Origin: Macrostomum hystrix
Taxonomy: Eukaryota > Animalia > Platyhelminthes
DNA length: 64,000 nucleotides
Assembly: GCA_950097015.1 (NCBI GenBank)
Contig: CATNEN010000026.1
Span: 620,001-684,000 of the forward strand
Direction of reading: 5' to 3'
The stretch's first letter is position 1; every line of letters starts with the position of its first letter. The notes under the pieces were generated by a model, which had not been told where the DNA came from, did not search any database, and saw nothing but the letters and a program-made list of their open reading frames with translations. Made by a program: the position numbers and the translations under genes. This document shows positions 49,788 to 63,049 of the stretch, piece by piece.

Positions 49788-51810
49788 ATGTCTCTACCGC
49801 CAAGGCCACCAGAGGTGATTGTGGACCGCAAGACTCACCATTCGATCGAGGCTAGCTGGGAGCCCTACATTGCCAAGCTGCAGGCCCGGATGCCAGAGTC
49901 CACCGGGCGACTGCGAGTGGAGGTTCAGATCTCCAGGTAACGGCTTGCAGGGTGATCCACTAGCTGGACTTTGAAAAGACTCCGGGCTGACAACGTGTTC
50001 GTCCACGCTTACGGGCTTACTTTGCTAGTACACATATACTAAATTTCAAATATTTGAATACGACAGCTGTTATAACGAAAAGTTGCGTTTTCAGTTTTCA
50101 AGTTTAGTTTTAGTTTTTTAATTTACAGAAGCGCAAAACAGTAGGTCTCAGTTAATAAAAGTTCATAAAGAACTTGTGATTATCATTCCAAGGTCCACAA
50201 ATACCAAAGTAGAAGGACGCAAGTAGAGTAGAGCAATTGTTTAAGCAAAAAACACATTCACATTACGTAGAATTTTACCATTTTTTACCATTTAGACAAC
50301 GATTAAAAAAACATAACTGAAATTTTGTGAGCCATTGTGAGAGTTATGAGTGTATTTAAAATCTTAAAAAAAGTCACATTTTCTACAAAATGCGATTGAG
50401 CCATAGACGAAAGTCAGGTAGAAAAGCCACTCTAGAAACAGACTAAACTAAGAGAGTATTTTTCCTGTTTAAAGGTCTGTGTGTCATTGGTTACGATAAG
50501 TTTGGTCTTTGCACCCATCTCTCGGCTGCGTAAATTTCAGCCCTTAAGTAAATCGAACGGACCCTTTAATTATTATATTCGCGACACTTTACCGTCTTTG
50601 GGGCGTCAAAAAAAAACTTCCCTAAAAAATCCCATTTAGATTTGAGAACAGCTGGGAGCCGGCCTACAAAGGCTATGACGTTCGCTGTGTCTTGTCTAGC
50701 CTGGAGGACAATGTCGAGTACTCGATTCGCTACCGTTTCGGTCACGACAATGGCTGGGGCGAGTTCTCCAACCCGCTTCCCGTGCGGACCCTCAAGAAGC
50801 CGCTAAGTGGCGAGGACATTCACAGGGCGCTGCGCAGGAAGAACGCCGACGATTTGCGACGCGTGCTGGAGACTCGCGAGGCCAGCGTTGACGCGCCCGA
50901 CGATCGGGGTTTCTCGCCTTTGTCCGTAGCCGCCATGGATGCGGAACTGGAGCTCTGCGAGATCCTGCTGGAGCATCGGGCCGATGTGAACTGGGCCGGA
51001 GAGAACGGTTGGTTGACCTGCCCGGTCGTAAATTACTCATTTATGCAAACTATCTGCTGTGGAATCAGGCTTAGGGACCTTAGTACGCCAGGCAGGCTCG
51101 TTAATCACTTGACGGTCGGGGGTTCGATTCCCTACTCCACTGGAACAATTTGTGCCCTTTAGCAAGACACTTAACTGTGCATTGCTTCACCCAGCTGTTG
51201 AATGGGTACCAGCACTAGCTAGGGGTAATTGAGGGGTGAGCGTGGCGTCCCATCAGTCCATGGACAGAACAGCTAGTTGTACGCAGCCTCCAGATGGCTG
51301 TGCTGTTTCGGGGCTTTGATTTGTTTCTTATAATATAAAAATTTAAGATTAAAATTTTTTCATTAGCAACTATTTAAAAAACTGCTTCTATCTTGAAATT
51401 ACCATTTCATCAGATTAAAACTTAAAAGTTTTGTCTGAGGGACAACTTCAATCATTCTACAAGTAAGTTGCATAGACAGGGGTCGGTGGCAGAGCGCTTC
51501 ACGCGCTTGCATCTCGCGCCAAGGTCCCTGAGCTCGATTCCGCGGCGAGGCCGTATTCATTTGGGGCGCGAGAGAAAAGGCTTGGGGGGCTTGTCGTGCA
51601 ATTTTCGTCTTTGAGGGCCAACCTCCAAGGTGATAATGTATACTGCTTGACGATGAGAAAATATGTCTGCGTACAGTATCTGTGTGCGTGTGCTCAGAAG
51701 TTAAGCCAAACGGACGGAACTGCCCCCTCGCTGGCTGCGGGTCTAGTGTCACCAAATGATGTGGCTTTGCCTGCAGCCCTCCTGCAATTATTAATTTTAT
51801 TATTATTAAT

Positions 51811-51863
<53 letters not shown>

Positions 51864-52493
51864 CAAGCTGCACGGACCGAATTTGCAGGCAAAACCTGCC
51901 TAATGCTCGTGGCCTACAAGGGCAAGCCGGATGTGATTCAGTGGTTGCTAGACAATGGCGCCAGTGTTTCAATGCGCGATCGCAAAGGCATGTCGGCGTT
52001 GCACTACGCGGCTGACGGCGAGCAGCTGGAGACACTGCGGCTGCTCATAAGCGCCGGCGCCGACCTGCACGCCAAGGACAATCTGGGCTGCACGTCGCTG
52101 ATCCGTTGCGCGATGCTGAAGAACAACGGCAATTCCTCGGTGGCGCTGGCCCTGCTGAGCGCCGGCGCCAGGGCGGACGACACCGACTCCAGCGGCCAGA
52201 CGGCGCTGTTCCACTGCGCCATCAACCGGCACGAGAAGATGGCCGGAGTGCTGCTGGACCATGGCGCCGATCCGCTGGCAACCAACAGTCAGGGCGTGTC
52301 GGCGATGCGGGTAGCCGAGGCGCAGGATCGCAAGGCTTTGAGAAACCTGTTTCAGGACTGTCTGGAGAAGCGGAAATCAGCGGCTGCCACCCCGGCTCCT
52401 GCGGCGGCTGGGCCGGGAGCGGGCGGCGGCGGAGGCGCCAGAGCCGCCGGTGCCAGGCCGGGAGCGGGGCCGAAGGTGTCTGGCAGAAGTTAA
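49788..52493 (+). CDS. FANK1: Fibronectin type III and ankyrin repeat protein 1, 369 aa; exons 49788-49936, 50652-51007, 51889-52493
   Basis: N-terminal FN3 (THHSIEASW..YKGY..LEDNVEYSIRYR..GWGEFSNP) followed by ankyrin repeats (GFSPLSVAA, GKTCLMLVAYKG, GMSALHYAADG, GCTSLIRCA, GQTALFHCAING-like). Phases 2,1 are consistent. Confidence 0.88.
51085..51310 (+). mobile_element. SINE family B, truncated copy in FANK1 intron 2
   Basis: Same box B and CORE-like blocks as 17381 and 25543. Confidence 0.7.
51478..51862 (+). mobile_element. SINE family A with (TTA)n tail in FANK1 intron 2
   Basis: Homologous to 4572-5212. A 3' fragment of the same family is at about 60545-60590. Confidence 0.72.
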
Positions 52494-52729
52494 ACCGATT
52501 CAATATTTTTTGCCCTGTCAATATTTTTGTGCTCCAATCATTACTTTAAACATTTTCCTCTTCTTTTTCCTTTTTATGAAAATATTTTCAAACTGCATTA
52601 GAGCATTGTGTAGAAGCTAAAGATACAAAATTGTAGACGAACATACTCTCCATTATAAAAACAAATATTCAGAAACAGTCACTGTCGATTGTTCCTTTAT
52701 CCAGAGGATTCAGAGGAACTAGAAAGTAT

Positions 52730-53300
52730 TCAGATCCCACATCATCCAGATCCCATACGATCCAGATCCCACACCATCCAGATCCCACATCATCCAGAGC
52801 CCACACTATCCAGATCCCACATCATCCAGATCCCATACGATCCAGATCCCACATCATCCAGATCCCATACGATCCAGATCCCACACCATCCAGATCCCAC
52901 ATCATCCAGAGCCCACACCATCCAGATCCCACATCATCCAGATCCCATACGATCCAGATCCCACACCATCCAGATCCCACATCATCCAGATCCCATACGA
53001 TCCAGATCCCACATCATCCAGATCCCACATCATCCAGATCCCATACGATCCAGATCCCACATCATCCAGATCCCATACGATCCAGATCCCACATCATCCA
53101 GATACCACATCATCCAGATCCCACATTATCCAGATCCGACATCATCCAGATCCCACATGATCCAGATCCGACACCATCCAGATCCCACATCATCTAGATC
53201 CCACACGATCCAGATCCCACATCATCCAGATCCAAAATCATCCAGATCCCAAATGATCCAGATCCCACACCATCCAGATCCCAAATGATCCAGATCCCAA
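52730..53300. repeat. 16-bp minisatellite (ATCCAGATCCCACATC)
   Basis: Downstream of FANK1. Confidence 0.94.
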
Positions 53301-53394
53301 ATCCTAAATTCCATTAAATAATTGTGACTTGATGCAAAAGTAATCTTTTTTATCGAATAAGAAGGAACCTTGGAGAGAGCTATTAATTTCGTTA

Positions 53395-53831
53395 TCCCAT
53401 TGTTAGTAAACTCTTATCCGCTGATGAAGGAGATGCTGGACAGCCAGGTGTTTGCTGCCAAGGCCGCAATGTTTCAGAAGCTGGTTGCGGCATCATCTTT
53501 CAGGAGGATGAGTCCTTGAACAGTCAGCAGCGTCGACTGAGCCTGAAGACACTGCGAGACTTCGGCTTCGCCCAGGTGACAGTGAAGATGATCGACGACC
53601 AACTGGACGTCATTTTTCGCAGCTTCGACGAGTCGTCAGCGTGCTCTAAGCCGGGTCACCTGCTGGAATCGTTCCTCGTGGCGATCATCTACGAGCTGAC
53701 GCTGGGACATTAGTTTGAGAACAATGATCCAACGTTCAGAAGGGTGATCTCAGTTGTCAAGGGCGCGCACGAGGTTGGAGTGATTCAGGGAGCCACTTTC
53801 CTGTTCTCAGCGATCGAACGACTGGTGGAGT
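53395..53831 (+). pseudogene. Cytochrome P450 (CYP2 clan) pseudogene, N-terminal fragment
   Basis: VNSYPLMKEML, then a frameshift into GIIF..QRRLSLKTLRDFGF (helix C). In-frame TAG at 53711-53713. The fragment is cut off by a (CAGA)n array. Confidence 0.8.
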
Positions 53832-54022
<191 letters not shown>

Positions 54023-54214
54023 GGAGTGTGGTGTTTATATGGCAGTTATGACGCTTTTTGGGAGTGTAATGCATACACCCAAGCTCAACTTTACATGTGA
54101 TAAATAATTTAACTAGGCGGTTTACCTGGACCAAGGAATCTGCCTATTTTATTTTGAGTAATACCATGCAACCACGCAAAACATTATTGCATATTAACAA
54201 GCCGACTAAGCTTT

Positions 54215-55740
54215 AATGGTGAGTTAATGACTGTTTTTATGATGCATTTGGGAGCTGTGAGTAGTGACGTAGTTGGGGTAGAAAACATATAAAAATTGTG
54301 AGTTAATGACTGTTTTTATGACGCATTTGGGAGCTGTGAGTAGTGACGTAGTTGGGGTAGAAAACATATAAAAATGGTGAGTTGATGACTGTTTTTATGA
54401 CGCATTTGGGAGCTGTGCGTAGTGACGTAGTTGGGGTAGAAAACATATAAAAATGGTGAGTTGATGACTGTTTTTATGACGCATTTGGGAGCTGTGAGTA
54501 GTGACGTAGTTGGGGTAGAAAACATATAAAAATGGTGAGTTAATGACTGTTTTTATGACGCATTTGGGAGCTGTGAGTAGTGACGTAGTTGGGGTAGAAA
54601 ACATATAAAAATGGTGAGTTAATGACTGTTTTTATGACGCATTTGGGAGCTGTGAGTAGTGACGTAGTTGGGGTAGAAAACATATAAAAATGGTGAGTTA
54701 ATGACTGTTTTTATGACGCATTTGGGAGCTGTGAGTAGTGACGTAGTTGGGGTAGAAAACATATAAAAATGGTGAGTTAATGACTGTTTTTATGATGCAT
54801 TTGGGAGCTGTGAGTAGTGACGTAGTTGGGGTAGAAAACATATAAAAATGGTGAGTTAATGACTGTTTTTATGATGCATTTGGGAGCTGTGAGTAGTGAC
54901 GTAGTTGGGGTAGAAAACATATAAAAATGGTGAGTTAATGACTGTTTTTATGACGCATTTGGGAGCTGTGAGTAGTGACGTAGTTGGGGTAGAAAACATA
55001 TAAAAATGGTGAGTTAATGACTGTTTTTATGACGCATTTGGGAGCTGTGAGTAGTGACGTAGTTGGGGTAGAAAACATATAAAAATGGTGAGTTAATGAC
55101 TGTTTTTATGACGCATTTGGGAGCTGTGAGTAGTGACGTAGTTGGGGTAGAAAACATATAAAAATGGTGAGTTGATGACTGTTTTTATGACGCATTTGGG
55201 AGCTGTGAGTAGTGACGTAGTTGGGGTAGAAAACATATAAAAATGGTGAGTTGATGACTGTTTTTATGACGCATTTGGGAGCTGTGCGTAGTGACGTAGT
55301 TGGGGTAGAAAACATATAAAAATGGTGAGTTGATGACTGTTTTTATGACGCATTTGGGAGCTGTGAGTAGTGACGTAGTTGGGGTAGAAAACATATAAAA
55401 ATGGTGAGTTAATGACTGTTTTTATGACGCATTTGGGAGCTGTGAGTAGTGACGTAGTTGGGGTAGAAAACATATAAAAATTATGAGTTAATGACTGTTT
55501 TTATGACGCATTTGGGAGCTGTGAGTAGTGACGTAGTTGGGGTAGAAAACATATAAAAATGGTGAGTTAATGACTGTTTTTATGATGCATTTGGGAGCTG
55601 TGAGTAGTGACGTAGTTGGGGTAGAAAACATATAAAAATGGTGAGTTAATGACTGTTTTTATGACGCATTTGGGAGCTGTGAGTAGTGACGTAGTTGGGG
55701 TAGAAAACATATAAAAATGGTGAGTTAATGACTGCATTTA
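54215..55740. repeat. 79-bp satellite
   Basis: About 19 near-identical copies (gagttaatgactgtttttatgacgcatttgggagctgtgagtagtgacgtagttggggtagaaaacatataaaaatggt). Confidence 0.97.
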
Positions 55741-57818
55741 TGAGCTCCAGGGTTCCGTAGTCGTTGTCGTTGTTGGCAGCGCGATGTCGCAGGTGCGGAA
55801 CAGCTGCGGGTGCAGGTCGCCCTTGGTTTTAGGAATCTGGCTGAACTGGATCAGAGCTGGCATCGAATCGTTGCCTGGCACACAGGAAAAATGCACGCTG
55901 CCGTTGCTAAGCCAATTAAGGGCTACAGGCGCTGGGTTTTCATTACAGCCGGTCAAAATCTCACGAGTCCTGAAATCGAATGATTGACATTCTAAACCAT
56001 ATGATATTTACAATATCCTTTAGACTAGAATCAGGATAGAGAAGCAGCACTCACACTTTCACTTGCTTGACAATGCAGTCGTCTATCGGATCTGAGTAAA
56101 ACATGACCGGGTCCTCCTCGCTGAAGGAGGATTCGTTCACAAGGTAGCCGGTCCACACTCTGAGTTTAGTCAAGACCAGAGGCGAGTCGTAAGGAAACTC
56201 GTCCCTCCTGGCTTCGTCTGAGGGAAGCGCAAAGAGGTATTCAAATCGATGACAATATTGAGCACAATTGAGCATAAATATCCTCATCAGAAATTCGAAA
56301 AATAAATGCGTACTTCTCTCAGAGAATCTGGTCAGAAAGTCTAAGATATCCCGGCCAGAAGAGGCGCCTCGGACAGTGAAAAAGTTGCCGAGGAAGAGTT
56401 TTCCAACCTGATTGGATTCAGCTAGCGACACATTCTCAGGAGTGACCAGGTAGCAGTAGTTATCGAGATCCATCATTTTCTCGTGGCAAAATTTTGGGTC
56501 CAGCACCCACGCATCTAACTGCAATCCCTTGGCATCGGAACGGACTTGCTCATTGTCAGACCGGAATTGCACAGTCAGGTAGTACGACCTGCAGAGTGAA
56601 GTGGTAAGTGAGGCAGCAGGGTCTCAACTCGCATTCTCATAAGAGAGCTCAGTAAGAAGCTGCAGTGCTACTCACGAGTCCCACAAGTTGATTATTTGCT
56701 GCCTGAACGGCAGGAATCGGAAACTGCGTGACACGGACGATTCACTGCACCAGGACTCCCGCCGCCAAGCAGCTGAAATGTGTGCAGTCGGCTGATAGCA
56801 GCTGTTGTGAATACTCAATAAGAATTAAACAGAGATGTTCGCAATATTTATAGAGTAACGAAATTACACACGTAAAAGCCAAAACTAAAGCACCACATTT
56901 TCCTTAATAAAAATCACGCATTGCCTGCTTGTACTTTTACGTTAAAATTATAATTTAGCCAAATTAAGCCAAGCCACTCACTCTCGTTGTACTTATGCCA
57001 CAAGCTGAACACGTCGGTTTTGTTGCAAAACGGGTCAATATTGTTGTCAAAGTCCACCACGGGCACGTCAATGTACATCTGTCTGGGCTGGTCATAGTTG
57101 ATCGCCTTCAGAATCCAGATGCAATTCAGGTTCTTCCTATAGCCCGGATCAATTCGGGCATACGTCATCACCTGAAACAGCAGACGCAGCTTTATTTTAT
57201 CCTGGCTCCTTGCAGCTGACTGGATTTATCTTCTGGTCGATAAAGGCTGTTTGCAACATACTACTCACCCTCAGCGCGTTTATGTCTCCAATTTCGGCGG
57301 GCTCTTCGATCCACACTGTAGAGTCAGGCCCGGTAATAATGCAGTGCAAATCAGCAGACCTGGCAGTATCTGGAAATGTTTAATAAATAACTATAGTAGC
57401 ACAGATGTGAGCAGAACTCATTTAAAATAATGTTATATGAAATCAGTGGTTTTCTCAAACGAATCGACTTGAAGGTCGGGGGTTCGATTCCGACTTCGCT
57501 GGAACAATTTGTGACTATTAGCAGTCCGACAAATCACCCAGCATTGCTTCAGTTCACCCAGCTGTTAAACGGGTTCTAGCTGGTAATAGAGTGTAGGTTC
57601 GGCCCCCGGTCCATGGACTGAACAGCTGAATGCTGGCTTCAGATGAGCCGCGCAATAGCTACGGCTGTGCTGTGCTGCACATGTAGCCCCAACGGGCAAG
57701 TGTAATCAGCGAATATAATTAATAATTAATATCATTATGTAACCTTAACGAACAAGCCACTTAACTTACCTATCAGCAGCAGAGAAATAACGATAAATGA
57801 GCTCAGCTTTGTAGTCAT
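55738..57818 (-). CDS. Secreted CUB-domain protein with a degenerate C-type-lectin-like domain, 400 aa; exons 57818-57770, 57369-57269, 57171-56982, 56772-56676, 56588-56055, 55969-55738
   Basis: Signal peptide MTTKLSSFIVISLLLIG. CUB hallmarks Y.KNLNCIWILKA, VVDFD..FC, YLTVQFRSD..KGLQ. Then C..MMDLDNYCYLV and VWTGY (CTLD-like). Phases 1,0,1,2,2 are consistent; total 1203 nt. Confidence 0.75.
57462..57735 (+). mobile_element. SINE family B copy in intron 1 of the CUB gene
   Basis: cgacttgaaggtcgggggttcgattcc..cagttcacccagctgttaaa..gtccatggactgaacagctg..gccgcgcaatagct. Confidence 0.72.
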
Positions 57819-58443
57819 GTTAAGCTTTCAGTTCTGAAACAGAGTTAAAAAATTAGATTTATGATGTTAGGATGCAAAAGTTTGTGCCTCATAAAAGTAC
57901 ATCTTGTATTGCTCCTAGTAAGCCTACTTCGATATTACTTCGATACTACTACGCAACAGTAGTAGTAATAAAAAAACCACCTATCCATCCACCTTTACTA
58001 AATCTCTAATTAGTAAATGTAAGTGATACTAGTAAGAAATAATTCATCTTTAGCAGAAAACCAATGCCCCCAATAGCAGAGAACCAACAATGCCCCTCTT
58101 AAGAATAGAACCAATGCCCCCTTAAGCAAGGTTCGCCCCCATTTCAGCGAAGAACAAGAAGAACTATTCATAAATCGTCCTGATTGCCATTTAAATGTTA
58201 GTTGCTTCAGGGCAGCTGTTATCTTATTTTTTATTTCTTGATGATATCTTTGCCAGTGCTTCAGTGGTTTCCCTGTCGTCTTGTGCCGCCAATATGTGGT
58301 TAGATTTTTCCTCTGCTGTTAGGGACGTGATTTCCATGAATTTTTCCTATCGAAATTCGAACCTGATGATGAGCTATAACTATTCGAACTACACTTGAAT
58401 AAGAAGTGGACCTCGTTTCCACTTCAATTTTGCACTTACTATA

Positions 58444-60338
58444 CTGTCTAACAAAAGTTCTTGTACGGTGGCTTCTGTTGCCTCTAGTATCCATAATTTC
58501 CATCCGTTTCAAATGAAAATTAGTGCAAATGAAAGCTGGGAATCTCTGCAACATTTTCTGTTTCACCGTATTTTTTATTCTGGAGTGGCTCGGAACAGCT
58601 TGCCGTTTAGTAGCACAGGTCGAATGAAAAAAGTGGCAGAATGACATAGAGCAAGCAGTCTATGGCCAACTTGGCTGTCTAGGCCTTCTTTTTTCGTCAC
58701 TAAATGTGTAACCACTTAATCGTCTTGTTGTCTCGCTATTAATCAAGTTAAACATGCGCTGAAGAAACAGATAATCAGATACATTATGAACAGAAGGTAA
58801 ACAAAAATGTAACACGGGAATTCTGGCAAAATCATTCACATCAGGGAAAATCAAGGGTAGCAGTATTGATATTAAAATGAGCTGGATTTATTAGTATCGT
58901 GTTGCTCCTCCCTTGCAGCGATGACAGCCTCGCATCGAGATCGCATGGATCGAAGCACTCTGTGCACAAGGGGCTGCGGTATCGCTGCCCACTCCTCCGC
59001 AATAGCGGGAGTCAGTGCTGCAAAGTTCGTGATATTCCTGCGAGCAAGCCTTGTCCCCAGCTCATCCCACAGGTGCTCGATTGGATTCAAGTCCGGGCTG
59101 TTGACTGGCTGTTGCTGCTCGTGAAGCTGCTCCACAACTGCACAGCGATGCGGGGTGGCGTTGTCATCTTGCAGTATGAAGCCAGGACCCACGCTTGCTA
59201 GTCCAAATGGTAGAGCCACATTGCGCAGAATGTCTGCGTAGCCATGACCAGTGAGTGTCCCATCGGTGAACTCAATTGCGGACAACTCGTTCCAGTAGGC
59301 AGCTGCCCAAATCATAACGGAACCACCGCTTCCACCACGTCTTGTTACCCATTGCACCGCGTCCTGTTGCGCATATCTCGAATTCTTCTCTCGGCGAACG
59401 CGCACCCGACCATCATTACACTGAACCGAGAATCGACTCTCGTCCGTGAACACGGCTTGACGCCAGTGCTGCAGAGCTGACCAATGACGGTGGTGGAGAG
59501 CCCATTGGAGTCTTGCAGCTCGATGCGCAGCAGTCAGTTTAGGAAACTTGAGGGTTCTGTAGCTCTTCAGCCCTGCTGTCTTCAGGCGTCGAGAAATGGT
59601 CATCTGCGATGTCGTGACGTGCAGCGTTTCGTGCAGCTCTCGCTGTAGCTCTGGCAGGGTCACAAATGGCTGATCGATCGCCACGGCAGCAACAAACTGA
59701 TCGCACTCTGCGTCCATTGCACGTGGACGGCCTGACCTTTAGTCATTGGTGACAGAATTCGTTGCCGCAAATTTGGTCGCATAGTGCTGAACAGTAGATT
59801 TTGGCACGACGAGATGGTTTGCAATCCTGCCAAGCGACCAGCCTGCGTCCTCTCGAAGCGAAACGATTCTCCAGCGAATTTCTTGGCTCAAAAAGGCATG
59901 TCTCTCAGAAAGGGCAAGTTAAATTATGGACATTTGCGAGGAAGCACAGGGTTATACAGTGTGCGACAGTTTAGGCCATAGACATGTCGCCTGGGGTGAA
60001 GAAGTAAAGCAAACCCCACATACAGAGCGATCGATCGACAGAAGGCTTCCTAGGCACTCTGTGGAGTTTGTCAGCGCGTGAAGAAAGTTGGCCATAGATT
60101 GCTTGCTCTATGTCATTCTGCCACTTTTTTCATTCGACCTGTCTGTGCTAAACGGCAAGCTGTTCGGAGCCACTCCAGAATAAAAAATACGGTGAAACAG
60201 AAAATGTTGCAGAGATTCCCAGCTTTCATTTGCACTAATTTTCATTTGAAACGGATGAAAATTATTTTTCCGTTTCAAATGAAAATTATGCATACTAGAG
60301 GCAACAGAAGCAACCGTACAAGAACTTTTGTTAGACAA
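58444..60338 (-). mobile_element. Tc1-like DNA transposon relic with long (about 230 bp) TIRs
   Basis: 58444-58670 is the reverse complement of 60084-60338, with TA at both outer ends. The transposase (about 59899-58872) has HTH, GRPR, VFTDESRF, VMIWAA, LQDDNATPH and SPDLNPIEHLW. It is inactivated by a 5' frameshift, a TAA at 59741-59739 and a 6-aa deletion. Confidence 0.92.
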
Positions 60339-60714
60339 TATGCACAATCTATTCTCATAAGGAACTTTCTGTCTGGCAGCTCGCAATGTTTCGCAAGCTA
60401 GCTTATGGTTTCCTAGTCTAAACGAGGATAGAGTACGTCTTAAGTCCGGGTAACATTTATTTTGCATATATTTCGGCTGAATAATATTGCTTAAAAGAAT
60501 AAGAGATAAGAGTTGGGTCTGCTAATAACTAAAAAATGATGGAGTCCGAGCGGGTCCTCGCAGGCTGCGATCTAGTGTCACTAAATGAAACCATAAAAAT
60601 ATTTTGATGTGTTTATTAGCGTACTTTAGGCATAACTTGAAAAATGAGGGGAATTTATAGATCCCAAAATTCGGTTTCTGCTCCCCAGAAGGGGGGCTAA
60701 AATTGCTAGTCCAT

Positions 60715-60800
60715 CCATCCACCTATACTAAATCTCTAACGTCTGTCTGTCTGAACGTCGCTTCATAGGCTGCATGCCTCAACCAAAATTGAAAGTGAAG
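60715..60800 (+). mobile_element. Possible 5' end of a non-autonomous Helitron
   Basis: ccatccacctatactaaatctctaacgtctgtctgtctg resembles TATACTAA plus (TCTG)n Helitron starts. A partial copy is at about 57983-58010. No 3' end identified. Confidence 0.3.
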
Positions 60801-62291
60801 AGGCTAGGCTCTTAAGCTGTGTGAATAATTTAATTTGATTTCCAAAAAAAATGTGAGTAAGCGCGAGTCAGGGTCATATGAATATAAAAGCATTATTAAA
60901 GACTTAATTTTTAAAAAATTCCTAGGTTTGTTATAATTGTTGAAATGGATAAATGAAATCAACTGAATTAACTAAACATTTCAAATGGTTTAAGTCTACC
61001 TTATGAAAACTGTATACTGTACACATATTAATTACATTAAAATGATGCTAAGCCAAAAGAGAAATAATTTTCTGTTTATCTCTTCTGACGAAATAAGTGT
61101 GGATATTTCACTCTCAAAGATTAATTTGATTTTGAATTCGGAAATGGGTTAGATAGCAATATTAGCGACTGCTTTTTGTTTGCTCTAATACTTCCTTCCT
61201 GGGATCAATGCGTATAATAATTACAGTTTCTACTTTCTGTATTCTTTCAAGAGTTAAAATTAATGAAACTAAATCTCTTAAATTCTTACTACAAATTATA
61301 ATCTATTTTCTTCAAATAGTTCAATTTAAATAAATATTTCTTTAGAAAAAGTCATACAACTAACTCGAAATACTTTTAAGGGAACTGATTTGTATATTTT
61401 TGTTGATTTTTATATAAGCTTAGCTAGTTGAAATGTATATTTCAGCAAAGTGCTTTGATTGACCAGCTAATTAGCTACATTAGCACTACCTACAACATTA
61501 TATTGTACATAATTGCTGTATCGAAATAAGTAATAACTAAAAAGTACAAAATGAGAAATACATAAGAGTTGTAAAAGTTCTGATGGAGGTTTTAACATTT
61601 CCGTACACTGGTAATTTCCACTTTCAAATGGAGACGTAGGAACCAGTCAAATCAATACTATAAAAATGTCGGCTTGGTTCTAGTCGGCGCGCGAGAACAG
61701 AAGAAAATTTAAAAGATGGACTGTACCAAAGGTTAGACATTTCAGTTTTTAATTTCTTATTTTCATACCTAATTAAGGGATTGCTATTTTACAACCCAGA
61801 CTTTGTTTCGCGTAAGAACAAAAAGATCAGTGTAAAGGTTTGTTATTCTGTAATATTACATTTTTTTGAACAATTTTTTTCTCGAAAAATGACACACTAT
61901 ATATAACATATCTAGAATTATTCTCGCTAATTTTAATTGAAACTTTACTTTGGCCGATCTTTCAGAAACTTAACGATTATTTTAATTTTTTGGTGCATGA
62001 TTTTAATGCAAAAAGCATCTTTGGTGCACTAAAAAGAAAATTCAAGCCGTAGGCCGTTGCCTTAAACTCTAAATTCCAATGGAACACCGATTGTATAACG
62101 CTGGATTAGTGCTTTAGAAGGTGCGTTAGATGCACGCTAAGTTATACTTTATTTGAAATAGACAAATGCGTTAGATGCACGCTCATTAACGAGTTAGCTT
62201 TCAGCTTAGACTAAGGGAGTTATATAAGGGAGCTAGTTGAGGAGGGGATCCTGAGAAAAATTATTTTCTTAATTGACACTCATGCGAGAAT

Positions 62292-63049
62292 ATGGCCCAG
62301 CCACCAGCTAAAGTCAGGCTTTTGAATTTGAGCAAATTTCCAAACAATATGATATCCGAGGAGATCGACCACATTTTTGATGAGCCTGCAGATCTATACC
62401 TTGGAGTCGGCGATTGATCGAGAAAACAAAGATCTACTAGAATCTCTTTTCCAGAAGATAACCGACGAAGAGGCTGGGCTATTTGAATTGGAACAACTTG
62501 TTTTTGAAATTGAAGAGACCGCTGCTAGCAAAAGTGTGACAATTAAGGGCTACTGAATACGTCTGTAAGTTGCTAAGCTTCATGATGGAGAACCATCCGT
62601 CAGTTCAGCGGGATTTGGAGACTGCTACTCCGCGAGAGATTGACTGTATTTTGCGTTACTTTACGTTTAATTTCGTAAGAATGATGGCGAATACTTTGCT
62701 CCAGCCACGTTGATTTGCATCCGGCGCGAGCGGCCCGCTCCCGGCATTTTATATCGACAAGCTGCATGGCAAATAATATTCTGACCGACAATGCATTCTA
62801 CGCATCCAGCAAGACGCTGAAGTTAATGGGCAGAATCTTCATTGCCCGAGGTGGACGCGCTCAACACTTCGAGTCGATCGAGCCTGCTGATATGAAGAGG
62901 CTCTCTTACTACTTCGATCGGAAATCACCAGAAGTGCTGCTTCATGAAGTGTACTACGTCATATTTTCTACTTTGCGATTGATTTCGCTCCCTGAGTGAC
63001 GAATCCTTTCGTTTTGAGACGGATTCGGATGGGATTGAAGTGGTGCGCT
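62292..63049 (+). mobile_element. Decayed Crypton-type (DUF3504) tyrosine-recombinase coding remnant
   Basis: Across frameshifts: ASKS..ATEY, DLETATPREIDCILRYF, RKNDGEYFAPATLICIR, RHF..NILTDNAFYASSKTLK..GG..HFESIEPADM..YFD..PEVLLHEVYY, LSDESFRFETDSDG. This is the order of CryptonA/DUF3504 motifs. The catalytic C-terminus is absent. Confidence 0.72.

Noticed and set aside
54316-55473. Five near-identical 69-aa ORFs
   Set aside because: Artefact of the 79-bp satellite; offsets are multiples of 79.
58350-58395. Hammerhead-like CTGATGA motif
   Set aside because: There is no GAAA core (GAAC instead) and no convincing stems.
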